Shown here one piece after another: positions 1 to 12,193 of a stretch of DNA of 64,000 nt. The stretch's first letter is position 1. Each line of letters starts with the position of its first letter. The notes under the pieces are model-generated. The model did no database searches and was not told where the DNA came from. It was given only the letters and a program-made list of their open reading frames with translations. Origin of the DNA: Dimorphilus gyrociliatus (Eukaryota; Animalia; Annelida); the NCBI GenBank assembly GCA_904063045.1, contig CAJFCJ010000075.1:1-64000 (forward strand). Direction: 5' to 3'. A program made the position numbers and the translations under genes.

Positions 1-202
1 AATTCTCCATTCAGACTGCAGTTGTTGACTTCTTTACTTTTGGATTAAAATCTTCAAGCTTTTTTCTTTCAGAAAATTCATTATTGAATTTGTTCCACTG
101 ATTAGCAATCAGTATGAGGAAGGTAGGGAAAAGCCAAAATCATTTTTATAAATTTCCAATATCCTCCTTTCTTTTTAAATTCTGAAATGTAGACCATGAT
201 AT

Positions 203-600
203 TCATGTAATATAAATGCTTGCTGCCTTTTCTAAAAACTCTGATGCAGATATTGATCTAACTTCAAATTGTTTACATAAGCCACAAGGTTGACTTTGAA
301 TTTTCTGATTTCGTTTCCTTTGCTGTCTACATATTTTTCTCTCACTTAATAATTTTTTGTAAAGTGTAATTAACTCTGCTTCTCTCTTTAACTCATCAAT
401 TGTCACATACAAAGAAGAATTTGCATGAATATTCCTATTTAATCTGTTGTAGTACAATGCCATGTTGTAGTCTTCTTAGTAACTTTTTTAATAGAATAAG
501 AAAATCCACTATTCACTAAAATATTTTCGCCCACTTGACTACCTCCAGTGGAGATTGTTTCCAGATTATCTTCCCAGGTCCTTCGATCCAGATATGAATG
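203..600 (-). mobile_element. Internally deleted Mutator-like (MULE) transposase remnant: FLYWCH-like N-terminus joined to the C-terminal tail
   Basis: The minus strand reads ...ETISTGGSQVGENILVNSGFSYSIKKVTKKTTTWHC (FLYWCH-like). It then shifts frame into NRLNRNIHANSSLYVTIDELKREAELITLYKKLL...SASEFLEKAASIY, resembling the tail after the MULE 'NNxxEGWHN' motif. No DDE core is present and no TIRs were identified. Confidence 0.5.
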
Positions 601-1115
601 ATTAGAATGAAAATAGTGAAGATTTATATACTTTAATATTTGCCTCTAATATCCAATCATCATTATACAATTGCCAAACTTGGGCATTTTAATTGAATTA
701 CTCTTGTAGATTGTTACCATTCTGCTGCTATCAGGTGTGATTTTAAATGTAATGGTACCGCCAGCACTTCTCTTTTTTCGTGAAGCTACTACATAGAAAT
801 AAAATTTAATAAGCCATTTGGAGCAATAACTCCACTAAGCGCAACAATATATAATCTCTTAGAAGTAGATGGGCTACTTCAGCCTTTAAAATTGTTATAC
901 TATTCATTTACTATGTGAATTTTAATACTGTATTCCAAAAGGAATCTCAACCACTTTCAACAATTTATGGTCTACTTTAGTTATATTTTGAATAAAACTA
1001 CTTTTAAACAACTTACAAACCAGTTTTACCCTTTAAAAGCGTAGGAAACAGAAATAGAACTGTTATTTCAACCTTGTCACTGTTTGGAGAGAAACTAGTT
1101 TTGTATTCTAATAAG

Positions 1116-1440
1116 ATGGAAAGAAAACTTTTAATTATTTGCTTGATTGTTTGCCTTTCGCTTCATACTTTTTCACTAGATTGGCCAGGAAGTAACTTGA
1201 TATCAATTTTGGAAGAAATTGCAAAGAGAGAGGAATTGGAAAATATGCTTCGAGATGAGTTGTTCGAAAAAGTAAGTTACATAAGTTATTGCTAACAAGA
1301 AATTTAATCTTTATTATTTACAGCGTGAAAATTGTTATCAAGCCTGCAAACATCATAAAGGAAGAGCCTTTTTTGGATGCATGAAAGATTGCAGCGATTC
1401 TAACGCTGCTGCACAAAGTTTAGAAGACGACAGTACCTAA
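1116..1440 (+). CDS. Small secreted cysteine-rich peptide precursor (90 aa, 2 exons)
   Basis: Exon 1116-1271, a GT-AG intron 1272-1323 (gtaagt...tttacag) and exon 1324-1440 join in frame. The product is MERKLLIICLIVCLSLHTFS (signal), an acidic pro-region with KR sites, then ENCYQACKHHKGRAFFGCMKDCSDSNAAAQSLEDDST*. AATAAA lies at 1451-1456. Confidence 0.75.
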
Positions 1441-1955
1441 GAAAGAACTTAATAAAATTGCATGAGATCTTATAAATAAATTAGCGTTTGCCATCAGCAA
1501 CAAATGAATTTCTTTTTGAATTAGTATTGAGTAGTTCATATAGTATGAACTACTATTGAGTATACAATACTACCTTATACAGTATAATAAGCATTAACGC
1601 AAACAAGTGCACTTCAGTTCGATATAAATCATTTTTGGAAAACTGTAGATTTAACTCAATAAAGTATTCAATATGAATGTTATACTGTTAAACGCTCAAT
1701 ACTATTATATAATGTATATCAAAATTCAAACACTTTCAAAACTCTGCAGTATCTAATCTCTAATTGTAGACAACACTGCACTGTTAGATGTAATTTGAAT
1801 AAACAAAGATAGGTGATAGATAATCAGAATTTAAAATGTGTCCTAGTGATAACAGGTTGTTTTTTGAACAAAGTAGATACTTTGTATTCAAAAGTGTTTC
1901 AATACAAAAGCATATTAATTCAAATTATTTATTGAAATGTAAATTATATCAATAC

Positions 1956-3363
1956 TCAAGGTATAAATATAATTGTCAATGATCCTACATTTCCGTCATC
2001 AGCTATACATCCAACGAATTTTAACTGTAGATTATCATTTTCTGATAATTTCATTAATACTCCACCAGATGCATAACCAGCAAATTTATTTTGAACTAAA
2101 TTATTAGATTTGAAGACACGTGACCTTTTATGTCCATTAATGTCAATGTAGATCTCAATTTTATCATTTCGTTCATCACTCGGTATATTGAATGCAATAT
2201 AATATGTACCGGTAACAGCGATTCTATATGTTCCACTGTTATGCCAACTGTTTCCGGTGTCAATTATAGGAGCTTGTCGAAAAGTTACTGTTGAAGAACT
2301 CTGAGAACAATCCTCATTACTTGAAGCAATTGAAAAAACTGGTAAACTTTCATTCAACTTGAATGAACATAGATATGTTAGATGGTCAGAATTTGAATAT
2401 TGACTACCTTCATATGTTTTAAGATAAATGTGTTCACCAGAAAATAACCGTTGAATAATACTCAACGATTGTATAACTGGTGTTGTAGCATTGTTAGTGA
2501 TTCTGATTTGGTTATATAACTCTGAAGAACTAAAAGTAGAATCAAATCTAAGTTCAGAACGTTTTGAATTCTTAACTGCTGATCCAAAATTTACAAAATA
2601 GTAGCCATCTTCAAATACTCTAAATCTATTAGAACTTTTCGAAAAACCTCTCATTGCAATAATATTTGGTAAAGGTACTTCACTGTAAGTAGAACTGAAG
2701 GAAGTGTCACGAGATGCAAACAAATAGTTGTTAGTTTTATAGTGAAAACCTAACCAGGATGTTTCTTTTCCATTTTCACTACCAATCAGATGTGAGGAAG
2801 AATGACGCTGTAAGATATATGGTTTATTAATATTTGTTAGTAGGAATAGTCCAGTTCTGGTTGTACTATCGATTGTAGCGCTTGAATTACCATATTTAAA
2901 TAAACCAATGCTGTTTCCTGTATTGTCAAGCATTAGAGAAGTTGTATCCTGGCTTTCAATTGTTGCAGTTATTGAAAAGAAATACATTCCAGATTGGCTA
3001 ATTCTTAGACTATTGTCTGATTGATCGAATAAGCCATTTTCATTTATATCAACAGATGTCCAGTGCACTCGACCATAGCTGACAGTTTCAGATGTTGACA
3101 AAGAGACCATAAATGCTGGATTTTTTCCACTACCTGTTGATTCGTGTTGATCTAGTTCAATTGATTTATCTGAATACTCTAATCCATCATCTTGAATAGG
3201 CAACTTTGATGCCCAACCTGACAAATTTGGATGTAGACAAATATAGATAAAGACTGCAAAAGATTATAAAAGAGACATTTGAAAAATTGCTGGCAAATTG
3301 ACAAAAAAAAAAAAAAGAAACGAGGATAAAATACTTACCAGAAGCTATCAATGAAAATTTCAT
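1956..3363 (-). CDS. Secreted protein with three tandem globular C1q (gC1q)-like domains (440 aa, 2 exons)
   Basis: Exon 3363-3339, intron 3338-3254 (gtaag...ttttgcag) and exon 3253-1956 give signal peptide MKFSLIASVFIYICLHPNLSG. Three repeats follow with gC1q hallmarks (PAFMVSL...GMYFFSITA; FRVFEDGYYFVNFG; YRIAVTGTYYIAFNI...GGVLMKLSENDNLQLK). There is no collagen region. Confidence 0.85.
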
Positions 3364-4039
3364 ATTTTCCAAGTAACTAAGGATTCTTTTACTATCAGAT
3401 TTAAAATTGTTTTTTGTTTTTATATATTCTTTCATGATGAGTAACATTGTAGGCTGATTTTTTATCAGTAGTACTAACAGAATAAATATGCTATTTCCCA
3501 CCTTATTTTAGATTGTGTTTCAGAGAAAAAGAAATATTTTTGCTTAATATGCAAAAAAAGTGGGTCACAAGTCTTCAGTTATTGATTTTTTTCCCATCAT
3601 TTTCTAACAAAAGGATGGAGAGTTATAGGCTATAACCTTATAGAATTTTCGGCTTCGAATACCAGTTTTTATAATTTATGTAAATCAGTATATATCGAAA
3701 TGTCTACACACTTTGTGCATTGCACACCTAGTCAATTAGATTTTTATTTTAAAATACTTTTTTTTATCACATGAACTTTTGTTTTGCATTTTGTTCAATA
3801 ATTTCATAAGGGTCAAGGACATTTGATGACTGCTGTTCAAATACAAGTGTTCAAGTATGCACTCAGTTTTATTTGTAAATTTATGTGATTTTCCAGTTAA
3901 AATGTTTATTTATAACGATTTTAAAGGTAAGATGAAAACCTAGTTTACAAAATAAGTATCACAACTGCGATAATTGATTGATTAACTGGTTTTTCAATGA
4001 TTGCACATTCATTTTAATTCGACTACTGAAAAGCTTAAA

Positions 4040-5061
4040 ATTTTAAAATTGCTGTTGTTGTAAATGAAGGTATTCCATTATCAATGGCATCAATTTTCAA
4101 TACATATATTCTCCAGAATTGATTGGACCTCTTGCTGTAATTCTTCCATTTTTATATTATTAATATCTACTGGTATTGAAAGTGAATTAATTGTGTAGTA
4201 TAGCCTTCCAGCCAATGTTCAACCGTCGTTATATTTGCAAACATATGTATTTATACATTTACCATTCAATGAACAGTTTCCTTCGCATTCTGCCATCTCG
4301 TCACAGGACTGATCAATAGAGTCGTCCTTGTGAAAATTGGGTAATGAATCAGACTGCGAGTTGATTAAATCTGTCATTGTCCCCATATTTCGTTGATTTT
4401 TGGAAATTTCGAATATAAGCGCTTTGAAGATGAATTTTAATGAGTTTTTGGACTATTTGTCATCTGTTCAAAATCATAGAACACTACCAGTTTAATTGTT
4501 CTTTTTATGGATAGACGGTTAACGCCTACAGTTTTGTTGTTTTACCCTAACCCTAACCAAGCCTTGGACCCTGTATTGAGGGCTCCATTATTCCTAACCC
4601 TTGGTTTGGACCCACCTAATTACAAATCAATTGCTTAAATATTTCTCCTAACCCAATGCCAATCAAAAATCTTACCCCAAAATAACTCAACAGCCCCCGT
4701 TAAAAAGAGTATAGGTTTTTTTATAGAGTATCGTCACCAATAAAAGATTTAAATAATTGATCCTAAACATTATAGGACTTTAAAATTCTCTTGTAGTGTT
4801 CATGATCATTGTTATGATTGTAGTATCTGAAATTTTTGCAGACCAACTGCATTTTAGATCTCTTTTGAAAATGATTTTCTTCTCTGCTTCTTCTCCAACA
4901 ATATTAACTTTTTTATTTGTAATTACAATTTTAATACTTTCCTTGTTGAATAATAATCTGGCACCCGTAACAATCTTTAAAGACTTGAGTCTTATAGGAC
5001 CATTGGAAATGTGTTGTCCTTCTTCCAGTATAAAAATATTAGTAAACGAACGGATTTCCAT
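4040..5061 (-). pseudogene. Degraded fragments of an extracellular protein (beta-helix-like, EGF-like and cadherin-like pieces)
   Basis: 4780-5061 reads LKIVTGARLLFNKESIKIVITNKKVNIVG...IIF...W (parallel beta-helix-like). About 4220-4300 reads CEGNCSLNGKCINTYVCKYNDG* (EGF-like). About 4040-4150 reads GRITARGPINSGEY / LKIDAIDNGIPSFTTTAIL (cadherin-like DxGxP). The pieces are broken by stops and frameshifts. Confidence 0.3.
4509..4738. mobile_element. MITE-like dispersed repeat, copy 1
   Basis: Shares sequence (acagttttg..gttttacc.taaccctaac...tggaccctgt...attacaaatcaattgcttaaatatt) with 44111-44323 in inverted orientation. Both copies run from GGAT... to ...GTCACC. Confidence 0.6.
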
Positions 5062-5444
5062 ACAATGTCAAGGACGATTGTTTTATCTGCATTAATCTAT
5101 TATCTTTTCCTATCACGCCGAATATAATAAAGTATATTTGTCTATAAGCTTTATACAAAAATATCTATTGCGATATTGTTCATAAGGCCTATAAAAAGAG
5201 TTTCTTATGAATTTTTCCCACCATTTTTGAACCAAAATGGAAGGGTTCTAATATTTTTGGGGAATAACTTGATAAATGATTTGAAAAGAAGAATACAGTT
5301 GTAAAAAAGAAAAAGTAATAGAGATAAACATGTATTGTGACCTACTTTTTACCTAAGATATTACAAGTACTAAATAGTTAACGATTTACGAATCATAAAA
5401 TCAAAAATGACGTCATGATAGTGTATAATCTATTTTGAATTGTT

Positions 5445-7382
5445 TTATTTAGATACTGGAAATATAGTCAAGGATATTAGTTGGGAATTGAATGGTTTCA
5501 AATCTCCTTCACCTTGAATTGAAAGTCTGGACCCTTTGTTTAATCTTACCAAACCAGATCTTGAGGATGTGTCAATGGTTGATGTTACTGTAAATCCTCT
5601 TAGAACAGCTAAAACTTCAACACCGTCAACAACAACCCTTGCTGATCCTCTAACATTAGCACCAACACCAATTGAGACATCAACATTAAAGAGACCATCC
5701 TTTTGGCTAACGTATTCCATGGTTGTTGAATTCCAAGAATTGAGTGGATCTATTGCAATGCTATCATAGTTAATTTTCGTATAAGTTGAACTAGAAAATT
5801 CGCTACTCCTATATGCGTAAAAAGCCTCAGAACTGGAATTTAAGGCCAATGCGCATAAATAAAGTTCAAGATTAGTAGATGACCTAATTTCTCCTTCGAT
5901 TAAATTCAATGCTATTTCATCATTACTCTGTAAAGATACTAGGAAACCTCTTGAAAATTGATCATCATATATGTCAGTGTTTCCAACTCTTGCTAAAGTA
6001 TAATTAGTGTTTCTAGAATTGATGATGACGTCTACACGAACATTTTTTGTGTATGACGTTCCGACGCCAAATTGAATGTAATATAGGTCACTGATGCCAA
6101 CTCTAAAATTCTTATCAACAGCAACAACATTCCTAGCTGTACGAACGTTTGGTAGCGATATTAAACCAAGTGTTGTTACACGATTAATGGAAGTGGCGAA
6201 TAACGCCGCTCCTGTATTATAATAAAATCCCGACCATGCAGTCTCCTTTCCAGCTTCTCTACTAAAATACATACCATCTGTATGAGGTGCTACATAGGGC
6301 GAAGATAGAGGTGTAAGGAAGAGAATTGTCGTTCTCGATTTCACTAAAGCCACTCTAATATTGTCGAATTTTCTTTCTTTTTTCAATCCAACTATTGTAG
6401 GCAATCCAGTCATTTTTAAATCAACAGGTGATCTAAAAGTTGCTCCAGCCGTTAGTGAGAATACATATATTCCAGATTTCTTAATTGTCAATTTATTTGT
6501 GGAGGAATTGTAGATATTCAAATTATTGAAATTTACTCTATTAAACTCAGTAAAGCTTTCCGTTCTTATGTTAGATAGGAGAAAAGCTGGCTCTAAAGTC
6601 TCAATACCAACACAAGGAGGGCCTTCGCATGGTTCCACGTCAACTTCACTTCCTACACAATCAAAACCGCCATTAGAAGGAGGAGGATTGTCGCATTCTC
6701 TAGTTCGAACTCTTGTTCCACTACCGCAAGACGGCTGGCACTGTTGCCAGGCTGACCAGCTGGACCATCCTCCCGGTATAGGACATTCAGCCTCCTCTAA
6801 TGGTACACACATTCTCGTTGAACAATCTCTTACATTTAAATCTGGACTAAAGAAATATCCATTAGGACATTGCTGAGGCCATTGTTGACCGTTTACGCAA
6901 TGGAAATACTGTCTGCAATCAAACTTATTCGGAAAAGTTCCATTTCTATTTGGAGGACAATCTTCCACTTGAGTTTTATAACAAGTGCCACTAAGATCAT
7001 TGGCTACTGGATTACTTTCGGAACATAGCGGAAACTTTCTGGAATGTTGCAGTTGATTCTCTCCCGGACATTTAGAATCTTTCGGTTCTACACAAGTTGA
7101 ATATTGGCAGTCAGTTAGAGAAATTGTAAAATGGAGGCCAGGCGGACATTGCTGGGCGTAAGATGTTCCATTAATACAATGGTAATAAATAGCGCAATTA
7201 TTTGGATCGGCAAATGCTCCATCCAGTGGTTTAAAATCCTCATCCACCGGACATAGAAAACAGTTAGTTTGTCTTGCCAAAAACCCTGCAAAATGAATAC
7301 CAGTTTTTATAATTAAAAACAAAATTATTATATTAATCTATTGTTTTTTACCAATTAAAAAAATAAGACAAAATGTTTTCAT
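5445..7382 (-). CDS. Secreted chitin-binding (2x peritrophin-A/CBM14) + thrombospondin type-1 + triple gC1q protein (623 aa, 2 exons)
   Basis: Exon 7382-7352 (MKTFCLIFLI), intron 7351-7286 and exon 7285-5445. It has two CBM14 motifs (DPNNCAIYYHCING...QQCPPGLHF; NKFDCRQYFHCVNG...QQCPNGYFF) and a TSP1 (GGWSSWSAWQQCQPSCGSGTRVRTRECDNPPPSNGG). Three gC1q-like repeats follow (KKSGIYVFSLTA; SDLYYIQFGVG; KDGLFNVDVSIG...SGLVRLNKGSRLSI). Confidence 0.88.
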
Positions 7383-8156
7383 CTTAATTTCTGACAGAGC
7401 TCAATTAAATTTTCTTTTACTTTTATAAAACTTAAAAAATAGATTAATCAGCAAATTTTTAACAAGTTATTTTCTTATCTTCTTGTGCAGATTTAAAGAG
7501 ATAAATCATTTATTATCAATGATAAAATTCTTACTTAAATATATCAGTTTTTAAAAAAATCTGATTTAGTTTTGTTTTTTTCTGTTTTTTTTCTGGTGTA
7601 TCATTTTACTGATAACAGCTTTTTATCTTTTATCGATTACAAAGAAACCTATTCAAAAAATGCAATAAGTTAATATGAAAAAAAGTGTATGGTGACAGGC
7701 AATGAATCATGAATCTACTGTCAATAAATAAATTTGAAATGCCACCTCTTTTTAAGAGTATAAGTTATAAATAAGGAACTTGCCCATTAGACTTTGTAAC
7801 ATTCTCCAACTGCAAAGTGCCAATTGCGGGTTAAAGACAAACCTCACTAAAACAATTAATTAAAAAGTGTTATGTACAATGATTAATCTTAAATATTAAA
7901 GTCTTTCAATCTCAAACGCACTAATTAAAACCTTGTTGCCAGTAGATACTAAAAAAATATTTACCATGTAGATGGAGACAAGGACAAATACACCATTATC
8001 TCTTTTTTTTCAATGTATTGTTTCTTGCATTTGTTAATCCCCCAGATTAATGACAAGGTATTATAGTGTTTTCTTAGAAAAAAAATCAAAGTCTATATAA
8101 AGAACAAATGTCCAAAATGCTGTTTTCTTGCAGTCTTACATGATTATCTCAATGGT

Positions 8157-9153
8157 ATGCACAACATAACTCTTAGTAATCATCATTTATCAAATCCTTT
8201 AAGGTCTATAATTGTTGGTATTCCTACAGTATTAGCATTCTTCTCTACACTATTTGCTTTGATTTTCCTTCCATATTCTAAAAATATCCCAAAGATATCA
8301 TTAATTTTGCTGATGAATGTATCAATTGCTGATTTTCTAATGAGTATTGTTTATATACTATCACTCTTTACATCAATTATTGGAAAATATACATTAGGAA
8401 TTGTATTTTGTCAAATTAGTGGTGTATCCTTACTTACTGGATTTACAATGTCCTTATGGTGTATAACACTAATATCTTTTGATAGATATATTGCTATCAG
8501 ACATTTTGACAGGTAAATATTATAATTTTTCATTTTGGCAAACTGATTTCAATAGCTGCCTTCCTTTTTTTTAAAGATATAAAACTGTCATCACTAAGAA
8601 CAGAATTATTTTCATTATCATATTTTCATGGATAGTTATCTTTACTTTTGGATTTTTAACTTTGATTAAAAGTCTCAATTTAACAACTTTTAGGTTTGTT
8701 CAGGAGCAGATATTATGCGAACCAGTTCTATCAATTAATTTACATGCATGCTTTTATATTTTAATGGGTCCATTCTTAACATCTACAGTACTGTTTATCA
8801 CAACTTTTAAAGCTATTTCACTATTAAAGAGGCAACAATTGAAAATTTATTCACATAATCAAAAAAGTATAAATTCAACTTCAAAGAGAAATTTAAGAGT
8901 AATAAAACTTTTAATTTTTACAATTATTTCATTTTATATATTGTGGAGTCCTTTTAGTATTGTTGTTGCGATAAGTATATTTAATGAGAACTTCTTTAAT
9001 AGAACAAAAAATCATAGATTTTATCTGACATGGATTGGAGCCCTGAATGGCTTTGTCAACAGTATAGTCTATATTTTTATATTTCCAACTGTAAAGAATA
9101 AAATTCTGGCAGTTGTTAATATTTTCATTTGTAAACAACTTAAACATTGCTAA
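8157..9153 (+). CDS. Rhodopsin-like (class A) GPCR, orphan (~310 aa, 2 exons)
   Basis: Exon 8157-8512, intron 8513-8576 (gtaaat...ttaaag) and exon 8577-9153 join in frame. There are seven hydrophobic segments with TM2 NVSIADFL, TM3 ISFDRY, TM6 FYILWSPF and TM7 FVNSIVY. An upstream exon is possible. Confidence 0.85.
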
Positions 9154-10035
9154 AAAAAAGTGTGTTTTACCTTGATTGGATAACTTTTACAACAAAAATG
9201 GAGATTATTGATAATTCAAAAATTCACCAATTCAATGGTTTTCAGGTGAAATTCAAAAATCATACTCTTTTACAGATGCTTAAAGAATGAAATTTAAGAA
9301 GAAAGCCTCCGCAATTATGGTGCCTATTGTCTTTTCCATATTTTCATTTGTTTTTACAACATTCCTTCAATAAAAATTCACACTTAATTTAGTGTTGTCA
9401 TACATGAGACATTTTTCAAACAATTACTCAAATTGATCAATCTCTTATTCAGTTAGTTGGAATGATATTTCAAAATGTAGTTTGCAAAGAATGACATCCA
9501 TTGATGTCGGGAATGATGTTTTCCTTTGGAAGTTTGATGCCAATATTTTCTTTTCCATCGCCAAGATCCTTAAAACAGAATTGTAAAGATGAAGAGATCT
9601 CTCTAACAAAAAAAATTCAAACTACAAACATAATAAAAGAATGAAGAAAGGCCAACGTTAATGATTGATAAATTCAATTCTTGCGTAACATTCAATGCTC
9701 TGAATAGACAGAAATTTGTCATTAACAATTCAAAATTGTTCTTTGGATAGAATCTTTTAGATTTTGTGTATTTTTGAAAGTATACTTCAAAAATGTCAAA
9801 CATCAAACCAAATTGAAAACATTCGTTGTGGAAATGAGCAACTATGAAAAACAATACAAATATTTTAATTAAATATATTTCACACTGTGCCCAAAAATTC
9901 CTAGTTTTACCCTGACCTTGACCTTGGTACTAATAACTTAATTTATGAATCTACATTAAATATAAATAATTTTTATAGATACTTTTAAATTTGTAATTTT
10001 TCATTACACCCACTTCAATTTTCTTGCTGAAAGAT

Positions 10036-10065
10036 GAAGAAGAAGAAGAAGAAGAAGAAGAAGAA
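10036..10065. repeat. (GAA)10 microsatellite
   Basis: Perfect GAA run read directly. Confidence 0.9.
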
Positions 10066-10111
10066 AAGAAAAGAGATTACACATTCATTAACATTTACTG
10101 CATTTAAATAT

Positions 10112-12076
10112 TTACTTGTATTTGACCTTTTTTAAATTCAGAATTTGAGAATAGATTAAAGGATTAACAAAATAATTCACTGATAAAGAGATAATAAATG
10201 CCCAAATATACGTATCCTGCGTCAATATACTCTTTTCAAAACACGCCATAAGACCTAAATTAGTAAAAATATTCGTGGAATTTGTAAATAAACTGGACAA
10301 ACAATATTCAAAAGAATAAAAACAAACTAAAGTATGATAAAGGAAGCCATGTAAAACAATTTGACAAAACAATAATTGCTCCCACTTTAACTACTTTTTG
10401 AATTCTTTTATTCTGTTCAATCTTTGATAGAATGAAACTTTGCTTTTGAATAAAATAGATAATTTGACAATATAATAGTGAAATTATTGCGCAATTTATC
10501 ATTGTTAACAATGCGAAAATAATAAATGAATACAACCATCCGTCGGGTTTTTCATTTGTTAAATTTAGGGTAAAACAAATAGGATATCTGGCATAGTACG
10601 ACTGAAAATTGGAAAAGAAAGTGTTTGTCACCATTTTGAAGTGAAATTTTTATACAGACATTAAACAAGAGATACGGTAATAAGGATAGAATGAATGATG
10701 CTAATATGGCGATTGCAATGACGAATAGTGATTGAAATTTTGTTGTATCGATAAACTTTAGTTCATATTTAACCATAGAAAACTTTTGGTATGTTATTAA
10801 CAAAACAGTAATTTGCGATAGAACTGATGAGAAACTGGCCAATAGACCAGAAAATGTACATAATTTGCTGTTTTTCCATTCATCAGCTTCGTCTATAAAT
10901 CTACTGGAAGCCAGTCTATCTTTTACACTTATGATTAGAAAGTAAATAAATCGGAAAAGTAGAGTAGCATTTGAAATCGATGAACGCTCTTCTTCATACT
11001 TTTTACTGATATTCCTATACAGAATACGTTCAAAACGAAGCTGATTACTGCAAAACTATTGGCGAAAACTGAAAATAACATAACGTTTTCCAAAGATTAT
11101 ATTTTTGATATTTAAATTTGACCTACTTTTTAAAAAATTCGAATTGATTATCTCTCCACATGAATTCTGTTCCAATTTTTTTGGTAAACATTCTTCCAAG
11201 TGAAATCTATCGACGAAACAACAATACTTGTAATTGTCGGATATTAATCTCTTTAGTGAGAAGACGTTTTCAAACGCTTTCTTTACAGGATCTTTCAATT
11301 TAAATTCAACATTGTTCATATGAAATTCTTGTAAATTTTTCAAATTTTTCAAACATTCTTCGCATAATTCGAATATTTTTGAATTTGAAATATTTAAATA
11401 TTTCAATTGAATTGAATATTTGAAAATATTTGAAGAGACTCTTTGAAAGTTGTAAAATGTTAAAGTTAACCTCAAAAGTGAACTTTTAAATACACTGCCA
11501 ATAATTTCACCAATTCTACTCTCTAAAAGAATGATATTTTGAAGAAGATTTAAATTTTGAAAAGTTGTTGAATCTAATGAATGAATATGATTTTTAGTTA
11601 AATTTACAACTACAACATTTAAAAGATTTCTCATAAAATTAATATTTGTTAAATTTCCATTAAAAACAACCAGTTTTGTTGTGTTGGTGCTTAGTAATAG
11701 ATTAAGAGTTTTAAATGATGGAATATACAATCTAGTAAGAGGGAAGTTCATTTTTTTTATTTCTTTTAACAAAATAACTATTTTCATACGATTGTGAGAG
11801 TCTACTTTTGATTTTATTGAATCTGCAACAATGAAAATGACAACTGCAAAACTGCAAAAAAAAAGTTTTGTATTCACTGTAATACTTACAAGGAATATTT
11901 AAAGATAAATAATAATGTGGTTGCGGTAAGCTTAAAATCATTTTAAGAGCGTGTTTCATTGATTCAACATCATTACTATGCCCAATATCTATGATATTCT
12001 TCTCATTTATCTCAATTCCAGTTTTGCAATCAGTTAAATAGACGCTTTCCTTTAAATTGAAACACCTTAAAGTCAC
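10112..12076 (-). pseudogene. LRR-containing GPCR (LGR/GRL101/relaxin-receptor-like) with an apparent frameshift in TM2
   Basis: LRRs (VVVNLTKNHIHSLDSTTFQNLNLLQNIILLESRI), hinge DNYKYCC...C and 7TM exons (W..S.LCTFSG; YYARYPIC; IVLSNCFTWLP; FVNPLIY) are joined by short GT-AG introns. TM2 reads FSDLFTF* and continues as LIISVKD only in another frame (~10935-10945). Confidence 0.72.
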
Positions 12077-12193
12077 TTTCTGCTTAAAATATCATAGAAA
12101 TAATTTTCTATTTCAAATAAATAATTTAATCATTGGAAAATGGAAACACAAAGTTTTTAGGCCTATATAACAACTGCAAAAATAATTTACTTC

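Noticed and set aside
5536-6876. Plus-strand ORFs 5536-5769 and 6526-6876, and similar short antisense ORFs opposite other genes
   Set aside because: Shadow ORFs antisense to well-supported genes, with no independent family signal.
9180-9600. Possible RI-like LRR remnant on the minus strand (e.g. KTIGTIIAEAFFLN)
   Set aside because: Only short motif-like pieces among many stops. Not distinguishable from chance in AT-rich DNA without a search.
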